A stretch of 64,000 nucleotides of DNA from Epiperipatus broadwayi (GCA_028023455.1 JAQFVV010000009.1:15190001-15254000), one strand, 5' to 3'. Shown: positions 38,631-53,156, counted from the first letter of the stretch. Notes: generated by a model not told the origin, from the sequence alone. Translations and numbers: made by a program.

Positions 38631-40774
38631 CATTAAATAGGTTTCAATTTGCAACACCTAAAAATAAATATACAATTTTTTATTATAAAATTCAAGTTAT
38701 TTATGGGTCCCCCTGCATGTTACACCTTTTACACAACCATGTGTTCTCTAGTTGTATTCACAGAAAGAGATTTTAATCTGCATCTTCCATTAAGATTAGG
38801 TAGATCAGTTTTTTCAATAATATTATCATGTATATTTTGTTTTTTATATTTGATTCTGCAATAAAATCGACACACTGCTGTTATATATACTGTCAACTAT
38901 TAAAATGAAGAAAATGCATAATAAAAAACAAAAGAGATAGTATAATAAGCTTTTGAAATATATAAGCAGTTTTAAAACAAATCTGAATATGTAAAGAATA
39001 ATCACTCTATATGTTAGCAGATATCCATATTAATGAATGAATAAGTTATTTCAAGAATTAATATTATTACAATTCACGCTGGAGAAAATAGATAAATATT
39101 TCTTAATAGAAACCATAGCCTTTAACACTATCTTTCTTATGTTGTTGCTTAATACTGATAAGAACTTTGGATATATTAAGCTTCATTTCCAAAAATAATA
39201 ATAATAGATTTTTAATGAAATAATAAGAAAATATTGGCATTCAGCAAATAATATTGGGATTGTTGTAAACAAATTAGCTGTGCACCATAAGCACAATAGA
39301 ATGAGTTTTCTATACGCTTCTCTCCAATTTATATACCATTTATGATATGATTAAGATGTAAAAGTTATTTTTAAATATTTTTATCATTTACATCGGAAAC
39401 ATTTTATTCTTTAATTAACATTTTGAAACGTATGTTCTAATTTATAGCAGTATGTATCTTTTATTTTCTAAATAATACGAAATTACTTTAAAATTATTAC
39501 GAACAATAAGTTTCATTAAAAGACGATGGATGTTAAGATTATTAGAAAATTTTATTTTAGGTTAAAAACTTTATTCAAAAAGTAATTTTTTTCTAACCTT
39601 TTTTTTTGAAGGGTCAAGGAAATACATTTAACCATCTAGAATTGGAAGCATCTATTTTTTTTTCTTTATTTCAAAAATATAAATTAAAAGATGCAGAACA
39701 TTATTCAAAATATATATCCACTACTTTTAATCTGTTATTTCTGCAAGTTACTGCTTTACTTTAATACACAACTGTTACAGCAATTGTTATTTATTTTATT
39801 ATAAAATATTTTTAAAAAACTTCCATTCTTGCAAATACATGTAAATTTAGATTCATTAAAAAAGAAAGATAAAATTTCATCAAGGGAAAAAAAATTCCCA
39901 GGCAACTTTTTTATTTTTAAATGTAATTAGTTTTGGTGATAGCTGAGAGCAGTTTCCTTCCTTATTTTGATAATTGAAATAGTATTGCATGTTTAAGATC
40001 TTGTTTGCACCTTCTTAAGCAAATTACATGTGACAAGCTTAGTTATTTTTTATTTTATTTATTATATTTGCAAGAAATGTGTTAAGTAGCAAATTTCACA
40101 TAGTTTTTTTAATACTAACAATATTATTTAATAATTACATATATTTGTATCTATACCATATATACAAACTTATGGATACTGAAATAAAGAGATTTAAAAA
40201 AATAACTACATACATTTGTATCTATATCATATATACAAACTTATGGATACTGAAACAAAGAATAGTACTAAATTCAAGCTGGCATCTGATCTTATTGAAC
40301 AAATAAGAATAACTTCAGCCATTTAAATGTATGCCTAAGATTATACTTCTTAAAATGTCTGACTGCAATTAAGATTGAAGATCCCAAATCTCCTAGACTG
40401 CGTACTGCACTGCGTAATATAATGACAAATAAATGATATTTTCAGGCTTTGTTTGTCTTATGTCTCACCTATCATTCCTTTCTCTTTTTTTTACAAGTGT
40501 ATACATAAGAAAAATATTTTGCTCCTTTTTTTTGTTGATAAAACATCATACAAAATCACTACAACTTTAGGATTCATCTTCTCCACTAAAAATCAGTCTA
40601 AAGATGATTAAATCAAGATTGGAAAAATTCAATGATTATATTCTCAGAGTTTCCTGGAATGAAACCAAAATGCCAGCATGCCACTAGATAACTCTAACTC
40701 AAAGCTTTTGCCAACTTTTTTTTTGTTTAATATATGAATATATATTTTAACCCTACTGTTATTTTGGAAATAGA

Positions 40775-41269
<495 letters not shown>

Positions 41270-41699
41270 TGTTTAAAACAGGAAATTTTTCCTTGTTGCC
41301 TAGTACTACTAAGGTTGCCACTAATGAAATATTTTTTCTTGCAAAACACACAGAATTTTTTTATACCTAGAGTGTTATCTAAGTTCAGTTTTTGTGATGA
41401 TTTGAATTTTATCTTTTTAAAAAACTAATATTGTGTAAATTATTAGGATTTGAAATGGGAGCTCTTGGAATGAATATGGTGACAGATCTAAGATTAACTG
41501 CAGAACTTCCCAAAAAAATCACTCAAAACCTGCAATATTTCAGGCAAATTTAACTTATATTGAACCAATTATTAACAATTAACTATACCACACATCTTTT
41601 CTAAGATAATTTTGAATTTACAAAAGCTTTTTCTTTTAAAAAAAAATGATATTTTAAAATTGTTAAAATCAATGAAAATGTCTGCCATACAACCACATA

Positions 41700-43740
41700 A
41701 TCAAGTGGTTGGCACCAAAACCTATTCTACCATACTTCCAGCTTTATCTCATGAAAAAATATAGGCCAGCATTCTCAAGAAATATTTCAAGTCCATTAAT
41801 GAATAAGCCAATATGAAGTTTCGGGACAACCAATGTAAACAACATTTAAAACCTAGAGTTAAAAACACAAGATTGTAAACCCCTCACCCCCTCATTTAAT
41901 GTTGATGCCTGATATGCTGACAAAAAATGTATTATTACCATGCCACAGGGAATATTTTGCATCATTTAAGACATTTTTCTATTAAGTCCATCATTATATC
42001 AGCCACAGATTCTAATTGCTTTCTATAGCACTTCCACCTCATTCTCTGGAATCTCAATCAGCTCAAGTGCCTACCATGCATGAACTCATAGCTCCAATGT
42101 CACACCAGGGTAAACTCTGGAATAAGTACTGCACCATTACACCCCTCATCAACTCACTGATCCAAAAAAGTTTAAAAGATCACTGCACATGAACAATGAG
42201 ACTTAGTATTGACATTTATAGTGCTCACCAACTAATAAGCACAATTTATGTACAGCCGTATATCAATGGAACACTAACTCCATTTATCCTCCCTAAATAT
42301 ATTAATAAATATAACAATGTGCTTTCATATATTTATTTCATAATGCTTTTATAAAATTTAGGTAAACCTAATTTGAAACATGAATCTTGTTATGCAACAA
42401 TTATTATTTTTCCAACTACTGTTAAATCACTTTTTTTTTTAATCTTAAGCAAAATTGTAAAGCCTCATTGCATATGTGATCTCATGTATCAAATTGTATC
42501 TAAAAGCATGTTTTTCACATGCAAATTATGTAACACATGAACAATAAGCAGCTATGAAAACTAAAATCCTCCCCACGAATAGGCCCAATTTATATACATG
42601 TAAATTTCTGTTCTGCATGGCTCAGTATTTCTATGAATATGAAGCAACCCACCTCGGAAGCACTACGCTTTTAATATTTTGCACTCTTTATAGCTTTTCT
42701 TTCAAGCACTTCATACACTTTTAATTTTATTTTATTATACAATCATATATTAATCTAATACCAATTCTAACCCCACACCTCATAAATGCTTTCCCTAATT
42801 TATCATGTGCTTCCATGTATTTTTCTCAAGATACCATTTGAAAATTCTATGTAAACCTAATTTGACACATGAATTTTGTTATGTAATGATCAGAAGCAAG
42901 ATTGTAAACTCTTATTGCATATGTAATATCATGCACCAATTTGTATCTGGGACCTCATGTTTTCACCTGTAACTTATGTAACACATTTTGAGTCTCAATA
43001 AAGTTTACCTTTGAAACATAATAATAATAATTATTGTATTCAAGTTTTATATACTGTACTGTAAATTTGAACTAACTGCACTCATCTCCCCTAAACATGT
43101 ATTTAAAAATATCACAATGTGCTTTTGTGTATTTATCTCATAATGCTTTTGTAAAATTTTGGTAAACCAAATTTAAAATATGTATCTTGTTATGCAACAA
43201 TTATTATTCTTCCAACTACTGTAAATCACTTTTTTTTATCATAAGCAGATTTATAAAGACACATTGTATATGTAATCTCATGTATCAAATTGTATCTAAA
43301 CATTCATGTTTTTCACATGCAACTTATGTAACATATGAACAATAAGACAACCACAAAAACTATAATCTTCCCACCAAATAGGTCCACTTTATATACAATC
43401 ATATATTAAACTAACACCAACTCCACACCCCATTTATGTTTTCTCTCATACTATAATGTGTTTCTTTGTATTTTTGTCAAGATCCCATTTAAAAAGTCTA
43501 TGTGAACCTAATTTTACACATTATGTAATGATCTTTCTTTTTTCAATTACTGCAAGTCATGTTTTCCCCCCCTATCACCAACAAGATTATAAACTCTTAA
43601 TATCATGTATCAACTTTTATCTAGGACCTCATGTTTTCACTGTAACTTATGTAACATTTTTTGAGTTTCAATAAAGTTTATCTTTGACACATAATAATTT
43701 TTGTATTCAAGTTTTATATACTGTACTGAAAATTTGAAAG
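41700..43740 (+). mobile_element. Decayed 3' end of a Tx1/L1-like LINE with an internally repeated 3' UTR, later tandemly duplicated
   Basis: Four related units of about 330 bp (about 42275, 42735, 43080, 43395). Units 2 and 4 end AATAAAGTTTA..CTTTGA(A/C)ACA(TAA)n, matching the 3' end of the LINE fragment at 53965. Weak coding remnants upstream. Confidence 0.55.
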
Positions 43741-44027
43741 TTTGATTTTTTTTAAAAAGTAAAATAGAATTTTTAAAACTGTACAAAATATGTTTACATA
43801 AAAATAAAAAAACTTTTTAAAAATAAAATTGATTTTTAAAATGGCACATACCTTTTTAAGCAATTTCATATTTAATATGTCAATGGCGCCAACTAGTGAC
43901 AATCTTTGCTCAACAGGTCATATTAAAAACATAAATTATAAGTATTTTCTCAAAACTTTTCCCATCTTGAGTGGTGAAGGCCAGAAGGTAAGCCTTTTTA
44001 TTGTATTTTTAGTAATAAATATACAAA

Positions 44028-46451
44028 ATGATCAAAGATATTGACCTCTTTGACCGGGTAGCACAGCGGTCAAGCCCAATTATGAGATCGCAAAGTGATT
44101 CTAATGTAAGGAAAGCTCTAAGTAAGCTTTACACAGGCCCTGAAACACAAGGAGTGGAAAGCATTCACACCAATATCAAACCTAGTTTAATTGATCAGGA
44201 AGGTCCAAACAATAATAAACATTCAGTGAAAGTCTCTCAAAAACAAAAAACTCAGATATAGACCATAAACAAAGAAATACAGTACCCACAAATTCCAATC
44301 AAAAGGTCGATATGATCGAGTCGACACTATATCACAAAAAATCGGGGGGAAACACTGATTTACAAACTAAAACAACTAAATCTAAGTCCTTCCATGAAAT
44401 CAAATCAAAAAAATCAAAATCAAAGTGAAATATCTAAAATAAAATTACCTCAATCAAAAAATCAAATGCTTACTTACGAAACTGAAAATCCAAAAAATAC
44501 TAAAAATGCAGGTGGCGTTCCTCCAGAAGCAGTCACATTTCACCGTAAAGAAACTTTAAATGAAGAAAAAAGTGATAAAGAATTATTATTTGAGTTCCAC
44601 AGTGAAGAAACAAATGGAAAAACGAGGTCCAAACCCCATACTGACAAAGGTCTTCCTCCGAATCAAAGATTGAACAAAAACTATGAATCCAATCACAATA
44701 CAGAATACCGTGAGTTTACACACAGTGGTCTAATAAATCCAACACAAATGCAAAACCCACGAAATGAGCAAAATACATTCAGCATGGACTTTCCATACCT
44801 TATGCCTAGTTTAAAAACAAACAATACACAATCTGGAAGCAACGCAATAACAAATCAAGCAGCAACCCACTGTGGCCAAGTATAAGCCACAAAAAATCTC
44901 TCCAACCAAACAAATTACCAAACTTACGCTACTGCACTCTGCAAGAATAGAGTCAAAACAAAAAATATAAAACTAGTTGAACAGACATCTCAAGTCAAAT
45001 CACTTGATTTTGTAGATGAAGAAAACTACACATATACCAATGAAGAACTGATATCTCAGGACATTCAAACATGCTTAAATAACTACGAAACAATTAGCAA
45101 TGAATTCAACCCATGTATACCCCAATTTCTATTTAACTCCTTTCTAAATTACCATAGTGAACACACCTTAATACTTACTAGCAACAACGACAACTGTGAT
45201 CTGTTTACTTTCCCTACAGATGATCTCTTTGAGCTTCTAAAAAATCAGCAATTGGGAGATGCAATAAAAAGAATTTACCATCATCCAAACAGAAGGTACT
45301 TCATAATAGAATTTAATAATATATTACAAAAAGAGATATTCAAATGAAATCAAATCTTCCTAAAGAATAGATACCTTATCAAAATAGAAATGAATAGACC
45401 CAGAATTATCCATGGCCTAGCACACAATTGCTACTTAAATTTCAATGAATTAGATCTCCAAAGACTCCTTGCCAAGTATGGTACCATCACAACCTTCAAG
45501 TATCTCAATGAAAAAAGGGCAGACCTTGAATTACCATCAAATAATGCAGCCTTCACTCTCAAACTTAATAAAGATTACTCTCCACTGGATATACCGTTAA
45601 AACTTGAGGGAAAAAAATGTCCTATCTACATCTCAATCAGATGAGTACAGCCACAATGTTTCTCCTGTGGAGATTGTAACCACCTTATAAAATCATGTCT
45701 GAAACGGATGTGTGAAGTTTGTAACACAAGGAAAACTAGAAACCACAAATGCAATCAAAGCTTTCAAAACTTACCACACTCTCCATATTCATCAGCACAT
45801 GAAGTTCTAGAGGAGGAGAAAGATCTGTCTATTGAAGTTGAGATGAGCACCTCACAAACAACAGAACAAGATATTACTGCTGAATCCACAGAAGCTTCCA
45901 AGGAGGTGTGTAACACCCGTCAACAAACTTCATCACTCATGTTAAACCAACTCTCCAAAACCACTGTTGGAACATCAGGGATGGAAACACAGCAATCGCA
46001 ACACATAATAAATAAACAACAGGAGTCTAAACAGACACACTCCATGCATACAACACAAATAGAATTTCAAATTCCAAACAATAAAAGGAAAACTCAAGAC
46101 TATTCTTGATCGCAGTCAGATGAATTAAATAATTTAACCGCTGAATCAGATTACAAATCAAATTACTCTCAACATACCACAAACAAAGCATCCATTCAGA
46201 GAAGGAAAAAAGAGAAAAGATCCAAACCAACTGAAACTCAAATCAACCGAGAACAAAGCACCCCGGAAGATACATTATTCACAAAATGCCAATTTCAAAA
46301 AACCACTACCTCAAATCAAAGCAAGACAACCAGTGCACCAGACCAAACACAGTCAAATACAAAGTCTCCAGCCTTTGATAGCTTTCCTCAAGAAACTCAA
46401 GATCCGAATGAACAACCTATCCTAAAGGATAAGCTTCTTATGGATGAATAA
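44028..46451 (+). pseudogene. ORF1 (RRM-like region and CCHC zinc knuckle), one frame with 6 internal stops
   Basis: Track ORFs 44028, 44394, 45390 and 45708 share a frame; CFSCGDCNHLIKSC fits CX2CX4HX4C; stops at 44259, 44313, 44883, 45345, 45642 and 46107. Confidence 0.8.
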
Positions 46452-46485
46452 CCTCAACTCATATCACATCATTTATCACTCAAAT

Positions 46486-49400
46486 ATGCAACTAAAAATA
46501 GGGGGAATTAATGTAAGAGGGCTCAACTCCCTTGAGCGTGTCCATGCAATAAGAAGATGGCTCAGAAAAACAAACCTCCACATAGTATGTCTATCCGAGA
46601 CAAAATTACACTTACAATCTGATTACCGAATTCAACAAATCATGCAACAATATGGCCTGTTTCAATATCTGCCCTCAACTACGGCCTCATCTGGAGTTGC
46701 TATATTAATCAACAAAAATTTGTCTTATCAAAAACTTAGAATTCTGTATCTCAGTAAAGACCTACTAATAATCAATATACACATTGCCAATAACACAATT
46801 AACATCATCTATCTCTACCTCAGGAAAGATAATGACTTAATACACTCAGTAATAACCAAAATCAATTCTATACTTTCGTCTGATGCCTCACCAATCATTT
46901 GCTTTGGTGATTTTAATATGTCATATCACCAATTTACAACAAAACACCTTCATCTCTTTAGCAGAGTCTTACTTTGTGGGGAGGGTTGCTTTTCACCTGA
47001 TTCTTTCTCCTTCTATACAAAACATAAAAAAATCCCTGATAGATCTGCTCTACTACTCATCTGAACTCCACTTTAATCTAAATGCAAAACTTCAACTAGT
47101 ACCTTTCTCTGACCACCTGGCCATGTTAATCTCACTACATTTAGACTCCTCTACCATAACACAATCAAATCATAATAGCACCATAAGACTCTTAAATAAA
47201 GTAGCAACTCCAGAATGGATTTTCTCTGAGGCTTACATCCTTTTCAATAAAATCAAAATTCTCACACTTCCACCTCTTCAAGCATGGTCAACATTTGTAG
47301 GAATATTGAGCTCACTCATCGACCACCATACTAAGAAGACTAAAGGGCCTAATCAGCTATTAAATGAATTGGACACCATCAATCATAGGTTGAGTATACT
47401 CTCCCCCACAGATACCAATATACAAGACATCTTGGATCTCAAAATCCATTACCACAACACTCAAAAGATACTTGCTCAATATATAGCCACAAAAAGATCC
47501 AAGATTTTTCTAGCAAACAAGCACAATTGGACTCGCAGTTATATCAGATGGGCACTGGGAGCAACAAGGCGGCCTACACCACTGATGATCTCAGTAGATC
47601 AAAACTGTTACAGTGGTCCAGCGATGCTCTCCAAAATCCATAATCACTTTAAACAAAAATTACAAAATCATAACTTTAAAACAGGTAACATCTGGAAAGA
47701 TACAGGCAACTTTTCCAACCACAACATTACAGAAAATCAAATACTCCAAAAGCTACTTGCATACCCGGAAAGCACACATCCCGGACTCCATGGAATACCC
47801 AGATTTGTACTTCTCCACCTCAGCCACTTCACCATACCAATACTGAGGATGATGATTGATGTGCTTGCTGGCAACTTCCAAAATATTCCAAATTTGTATC
47901 CAGTGGCATTGGTCCCATTTTTGAAAAAACAAGCAAACCCATCCTGTCTTACTAACCTATGTCCCATTTCAATGATACCTCTGCTTATAAAAACAATCGA
48001 ATCCTTAGTCAAGGATCAAATACAAGACCAGCTTTACACACACATATCAACACATCAATATGCACGCAAAGGCTCATCAACCATCGAAGCCGTGCAACGC
48101 TTCCTCCTGATAATTGAACATGTTAGACAAAGCAGAAAGTCAAGGTCCCTAGCTATCCAATTAGATTTCTCCTCAGCATTCGACACAGTAATCCCTTCAG
48201 TCCTCTTTCAAATACTGCAAGAGTACCAAGTGCCTCAAGTGTATATCAGAATAATTGCCAACTTGTTTTTAAATAGATCGATATTTACCTCTCTAGATGG
48301 AAAGTTGTCTACTGGGTTCAGACCACATCTTTCAATCCCCCAGGGCTCGCCTCTGGCTACACTCTGTTTCATAACATATATAAATCCAATGCTAAAGGAT
48401 ATTGAACACAACATGCCTGGAATATATGTGCCAGCATTAAAACAACAAATTAATCACATCTCATACGTTGATGATGTCACTATCTTCCTTCCTGATAAAT
48501 CACATCTGCAAACACTACTGAAAATCATCAATAAACATACAAAAAAATTAAACCTTCAAATCAACAACAGTAAATCATCAATATGGAAAATTAAATCTGG
48601 AACTATAATTCAATCAATATTCACATCAAAACCTCAACACTTCTTAGGTTTTCCTATAGCTAAAACTAAATTCGCCATGACCAAAGAAATCCAAAACACA
48701 ATCCTCAAAAAAACCAAGAAAATAGTGAAATCACTTTCTGGGATCTCACTGTCGCTTCCAGGCAAAGCTACATTGCTCAATATGCTAGTGTTCTCCAGAC
48801 TAAACTATTATCTACCAATTATTAAACCCACCAAAACCTTTGAAAAGGCAGTCAACTCACTATGTTCTAAATTACTATGGAAAGGAAAGGTTGTCGCCAT
48901 AAGCATTGCAAAAACACAAATGCCCAAAGAACTTAACGGCCTTGGCCTTCACTCAGTTTCCACAATATACCTGCAAAAATCATTAACAGCACTGCGTGCC
49001 TTCTCCCTGAAATCTGCCCACCTGAATATAACACTAACTATTCCACCCACGGACACTCCACCACCTAAAAGTAGCATATGGATGACACAAATATGGAATC
49101 ATGTCAACAACTGCATTAGCCCAACACAAAACACACTTGATAGCAAAAAGTCATATTGGGATGTGTACAAACTCAAGATCAACACTCCTACTGCAATACC
49201 AAGTGCTCTTGGCTTCAACAATAGAATCATGATTAAGAAAGCAAAATATTGGTTCTTAGAACCGAAATATATAGACTTTATTATAAAATTAAATCTGGGC
49301 TCATTACCCACCAGCCATTTTCTAGTGTGGAAAAGGGGATTTACCAAAATTAACTCTCGATGTCAATTATGTACTATGGAGGATGAAACGATCCAACACA

Positions 49401-49714
49401 TCTTTCATAACTGTCCGATACTCAGCTCACTAAAAACATTTATCAATGATAAAGCCAAAAAACAAAATGTAGACTTGTTTTCGATTCAACAATCAATCAA
49501 GAATGGAAATTTCTCAAACATCAGACTCTCAATCTTTCTCTCCTTTGCAATCTGGCTAACCAGATGCAAACATGTAATCAGTAATACGACAACCAATATC
49601 CTGGATACCTTCAAAACATTGATTAAGAGCATCAGCATTAGAGACAGAATGTTAGCTCCAGACAGGCTGTATAAAGAAACATGGTCCAAAGTCATCCTAA
49701 TAGAAGAAGAATAA
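46486..49714 (+). CDS. ORF2: APE endonuclease, reverse transcriptase and C-terminal CCHC; a single +1 frameshift in an A7 run (47026-47032)
   Basis: GINVRG, LSETK, GDFN, SDH (EN); LDFSSAFD, PQGSPL, YVDD (RT); CQLC...ETIQHIFHNC. Removing one A gives HKKSLIDLL and a 1075-aa ORF. Confidence 0.92.
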
Positions 49715-50949
49715 TCATAGAACTTACTTCACCTCAAGACTCCACGATACAGTAATACAGAGTAGTTTTTCTCAAGCTGTTGTTAAAAATGTAGTTCATG
49801 TATAAACAAAGTCAATAAATTTTTCTTTTTTTAAAAAAAAAAAAATACTTAGATCTCTTAGAGTTTATTTATTTCCCATTTGGTAAATTATTTTTTTTAA
49901 TACTTATGTTAATCGACATTCTAATTTTGTTTTTATGATTAATAGCTGAAAATATTTAAGTATATAGCAGAATAATAATAAAAAATCAACAGTATTGCAT
50001 TTTCACTTCTAAAGATGCAAATAATGGGTTAACTAAATTGATAATTAAGTCTTACAAATGTGACAAAGATGTCTAATATTCTAATTAATATGAATACACT
50101 CTGAACCATCTTATTCACATATGTGCTGTCAACAACTATATTATATTCAATGCAATAATTCTAACTTGATATATATTGACCATTTATTTATATTATATAT
50201 ACATTATTAATTGAACTTGCTTGATACCTATGATTAATTTTAATAATAATTGTGTGATTTCGATATTTATTATTCAATTTGTTTACTTTAGATAATTTGA
50301 ATGTGTACTGGAAACAATAAGCCCATTCATATAAGATTATACATTACAACAATATATTTTTTTACTTAAATAAGTAGCTGCTATTTTATGAACTACCACA
50401 TAGATGAAAGAAATTAAATTGCACCTATAAAAAGATTATTATTTTACAACAAACACTTTTCATAATGAATTAAGATGTTTGTTGGAGTTATATTATGATA
50501 TGTATTAAAATACAATTTTAGATGCTTACTATTGTCATCCAAACCTTATGAAATATTAGTTTTGAAATTTGCTGAGATTAACACAATATAGTTTAGATTT
50601 CGTCTCTGACTTTTCTTTTAGATTATCATAGAATCTATTGGGGATATTTTGAAAATAAAAATAAAAATTATACTAAATTGTCTCCTTTTTTGATTATTAA
50701 ATGAGTATAAAAAGAGAAGATTAGTTTTATTTAAGTAATTTTTAAATCTCAATTGGAATTCTTTATATTCTTCCAAAGATATTGATCATGATATGGAATA
50801 ATTTAATCGTTTAATAATTTAATTTCTTATTTTCCTTTTTGGTTTTCCATTTTGCTTGTGAAAATTATTAATAGAAAATCATATATCATAGGCATTATGG
50901 TAAAACACAAAATATAATTTATAATAAAGAAGATTAGCTAAGACTATTC

Positions 50950-52745
50950 AGAAAAATGATTACCAGTATAGAAGCAATACTGAGATCAACTTATTAGCTT
51001 ATCTTAGAAAGTTTTTGATATAGTGTTGAAGATTTTGACAACAATTTTCTACTTTGCAAAAAACCAATAAAACAGCATGTGATCCCAGTTTTCACAATTA
51101 CAGCATCTAATATATGTTTCAATAATCAACAGATGCCAGATGATAGTCCTTAATTAATCCCTATTCAGTGTTGTCCTATGTAATATCCTTAAACTAGTTT
51201 CAAGCTTATTGCTTTCATCAGTGAGAGGCTTTGAATTTAGCAATAGTGAATCTGGTTTTTTTTAATCTATTGTGCCTTTCCTCTAGTAGCCACCTTTATT
51301 TATCTGTTTTTCTATCAAACTAATCACCTAAATTGAAAAACATATCTAAATTAACTTACTTGTATAGTGACATAGATCTGATGGTGTACTGAGTTTTCTA
51401 ATAACTATGAACACCTTTTATCCTTTGGCCATGATAAGTATAAAACCAATGAGATGTCATGTTGACTCCAATGCATAAAATGCTGATTAACAGCAAATTA
51501 TCTTTTCTTATGAATGTTATGTCATCTACTGTAAGCTTTAATAATAAATAGATGTCAGATGGTAGTGTGTAATAAATACCAATCCAGTGTTATCCAATAT
51601 CTCCAAACCAGTTTCTAGTTTATGGCTTTCATTGATGAAAAGCTTTGGATTTTGGAACAGTGCCTCTGTATCTTTCGAACTATTAAATCTTTTTTCCAGA
51701 ACATGCATTTTACCTCTTTATTTTACTATCAAGTTACCAACCTAAACAAAGTGATAAAAAATAGCTGCTGGAGGAAAGAGGCAATAGATCAAAAAGATCC
51801 AAATGCATTGCTCGAAATTCAAAGCTCCTCACCAATGAAAACCATAAGCTATAGTTTAATGATATTGAACAGGACAGCAATGAATAGAGATTTATTAAGC
51901 ACTACATGGTACAGCAGTGGTGTGAGAAATAATTGCTGCTGAACAGAAATGTGTAAGTTGTGGTCACATGTCTTATTGGTTTTACAACAATTATGATCAA
52001 AATGTAAAAGATGCTCATAATTATTAAAAAAAAACCGAAGACACCATAACATATAGAAACTGAACTGGTTTCAGATCCATATGATTACACAAGCAAGTTA
52101 ACTTAGATTAGATTGAAGAGATTGTATGTTTTTCAATTTAGACTGGTAATTTGATAATAAAACAAAGAGCTAAAACATAATTGCTAGAAAAATGCAATAG
52201 ATCCAAAAGATCCCGTTGTATTTCTCTCAATCCAAAACTTCTCACTGATAAAACCCACACCCTACAAACTAATTCAGGTATATTGAACAGACTAGTATTG
52301 AATAGGTATTTCTATTGATTACTAAACTTACCTTAGATAGCATAACAAAAGTGAGAAAAAAGAATTTACTGCTAAACAGCATTATGTAAATTGGAGTCAT
52401 ACAATGTCTTAATGGTTTACACCAATCTTAACCAAAAGATAAAAATTTGTCTACAATTATTAAAAACTAAGAACAACATAATATAAAAGAATTGGTTTAA
52501 GATCTATATGACAAGCAAGTTAATTTAAATTGTGAGCATTACTATGTTTTTCAGTTTGGGTGGTAGCTTCATAGTAAAACAAAATGTAAAAATGGTTGCT
52601 GGAAGAAACATTTAGCAGATCCAAAAGATCCAGGTGCAAATCCAAAGCTTCTCACTAATGAAAGCCATCAGCTAGAAATTATGTTTGTGAATATTGAATA
52701 GGATAGCATTGAGTAAGGGTTTATTAAACACTACCACTTGACATT
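50950..52745. repeat. Diverged repeat of about 410 bp, five copies arranged head-to-head (2 reverse, 3 forward)
   Basis: Shared blocks tgctggaag..gatccaaaagatcc..aaatccaaagcttctcac..aatgaaagccat. Forward copies at about 51745, 52160 and 52580 (partial); reverse copies start at about 51715 and 51325. Confidence 0.75.
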
Positions 52746-53111
52746 TACTGATTACTAAAGCTTACACTAAATTGCGTATCATTAGTAAAAGAAAAAAAAA
52801 TTGCTGAACTATCTCAAAAAATTTCATCTATTTAGAATTTAGATTGTCTGAGGATTGATGAAATAAAAATATTTTTCTCAAGTGATTTATTATATCTGCT
52901 ATTAAACAGCTTTAACTAATACCAAGATTTACAATTTATGAATAAATTTAAGATTTATATCTTTAAAAATGTTTAAATTCTTTAGATGTGATATGCTGAA
53001 CTATTTCCATCATTCATGAGTGAATGTTGAATGTATAGAAAATTCTAAACTTTCCAAATATAAACAACTTGTTAGTAATAACATATAAATAGACAACACA
53101 GATTAGTAATT

Positions 53112-53156
53112 ACACAACGTTTTGATTAGTATTATTCTCCACTCATCTTCAGGTGT
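53112..53156 (-). ncRNA. Minimal type-I hammerhead ribozyme motif (degenerate), downstream pLTR
   Basis: ACAC-CUGAAGA-U-GAGUGG...-AAAA-CGUU-GUGU: stem I ACAC/GUGU, palindromic AACGUU stem III; the core GAAA reads AAAA. Confidence 0.7.

Larger units (their letters stand above)
43880..49845 (+). mobile_element. Near full-length Tx1/L1-clade non-LTR retrotransposon
   Basis: ORF1 and ORF2, AATAAA at 49814, poly(A) at 49833-49845. 5' end approximate; no TSD found. Confidence 0.92.

Noticed and set aside
51745-52745. Resemblance of the repeat-unit translation (..DIEQDSNE..FIKHY) to the start of a PARP catalytic domain
   Set aside because: The downstream PARP signature (LLWHGS) is absent; the similarity is too short to claim.
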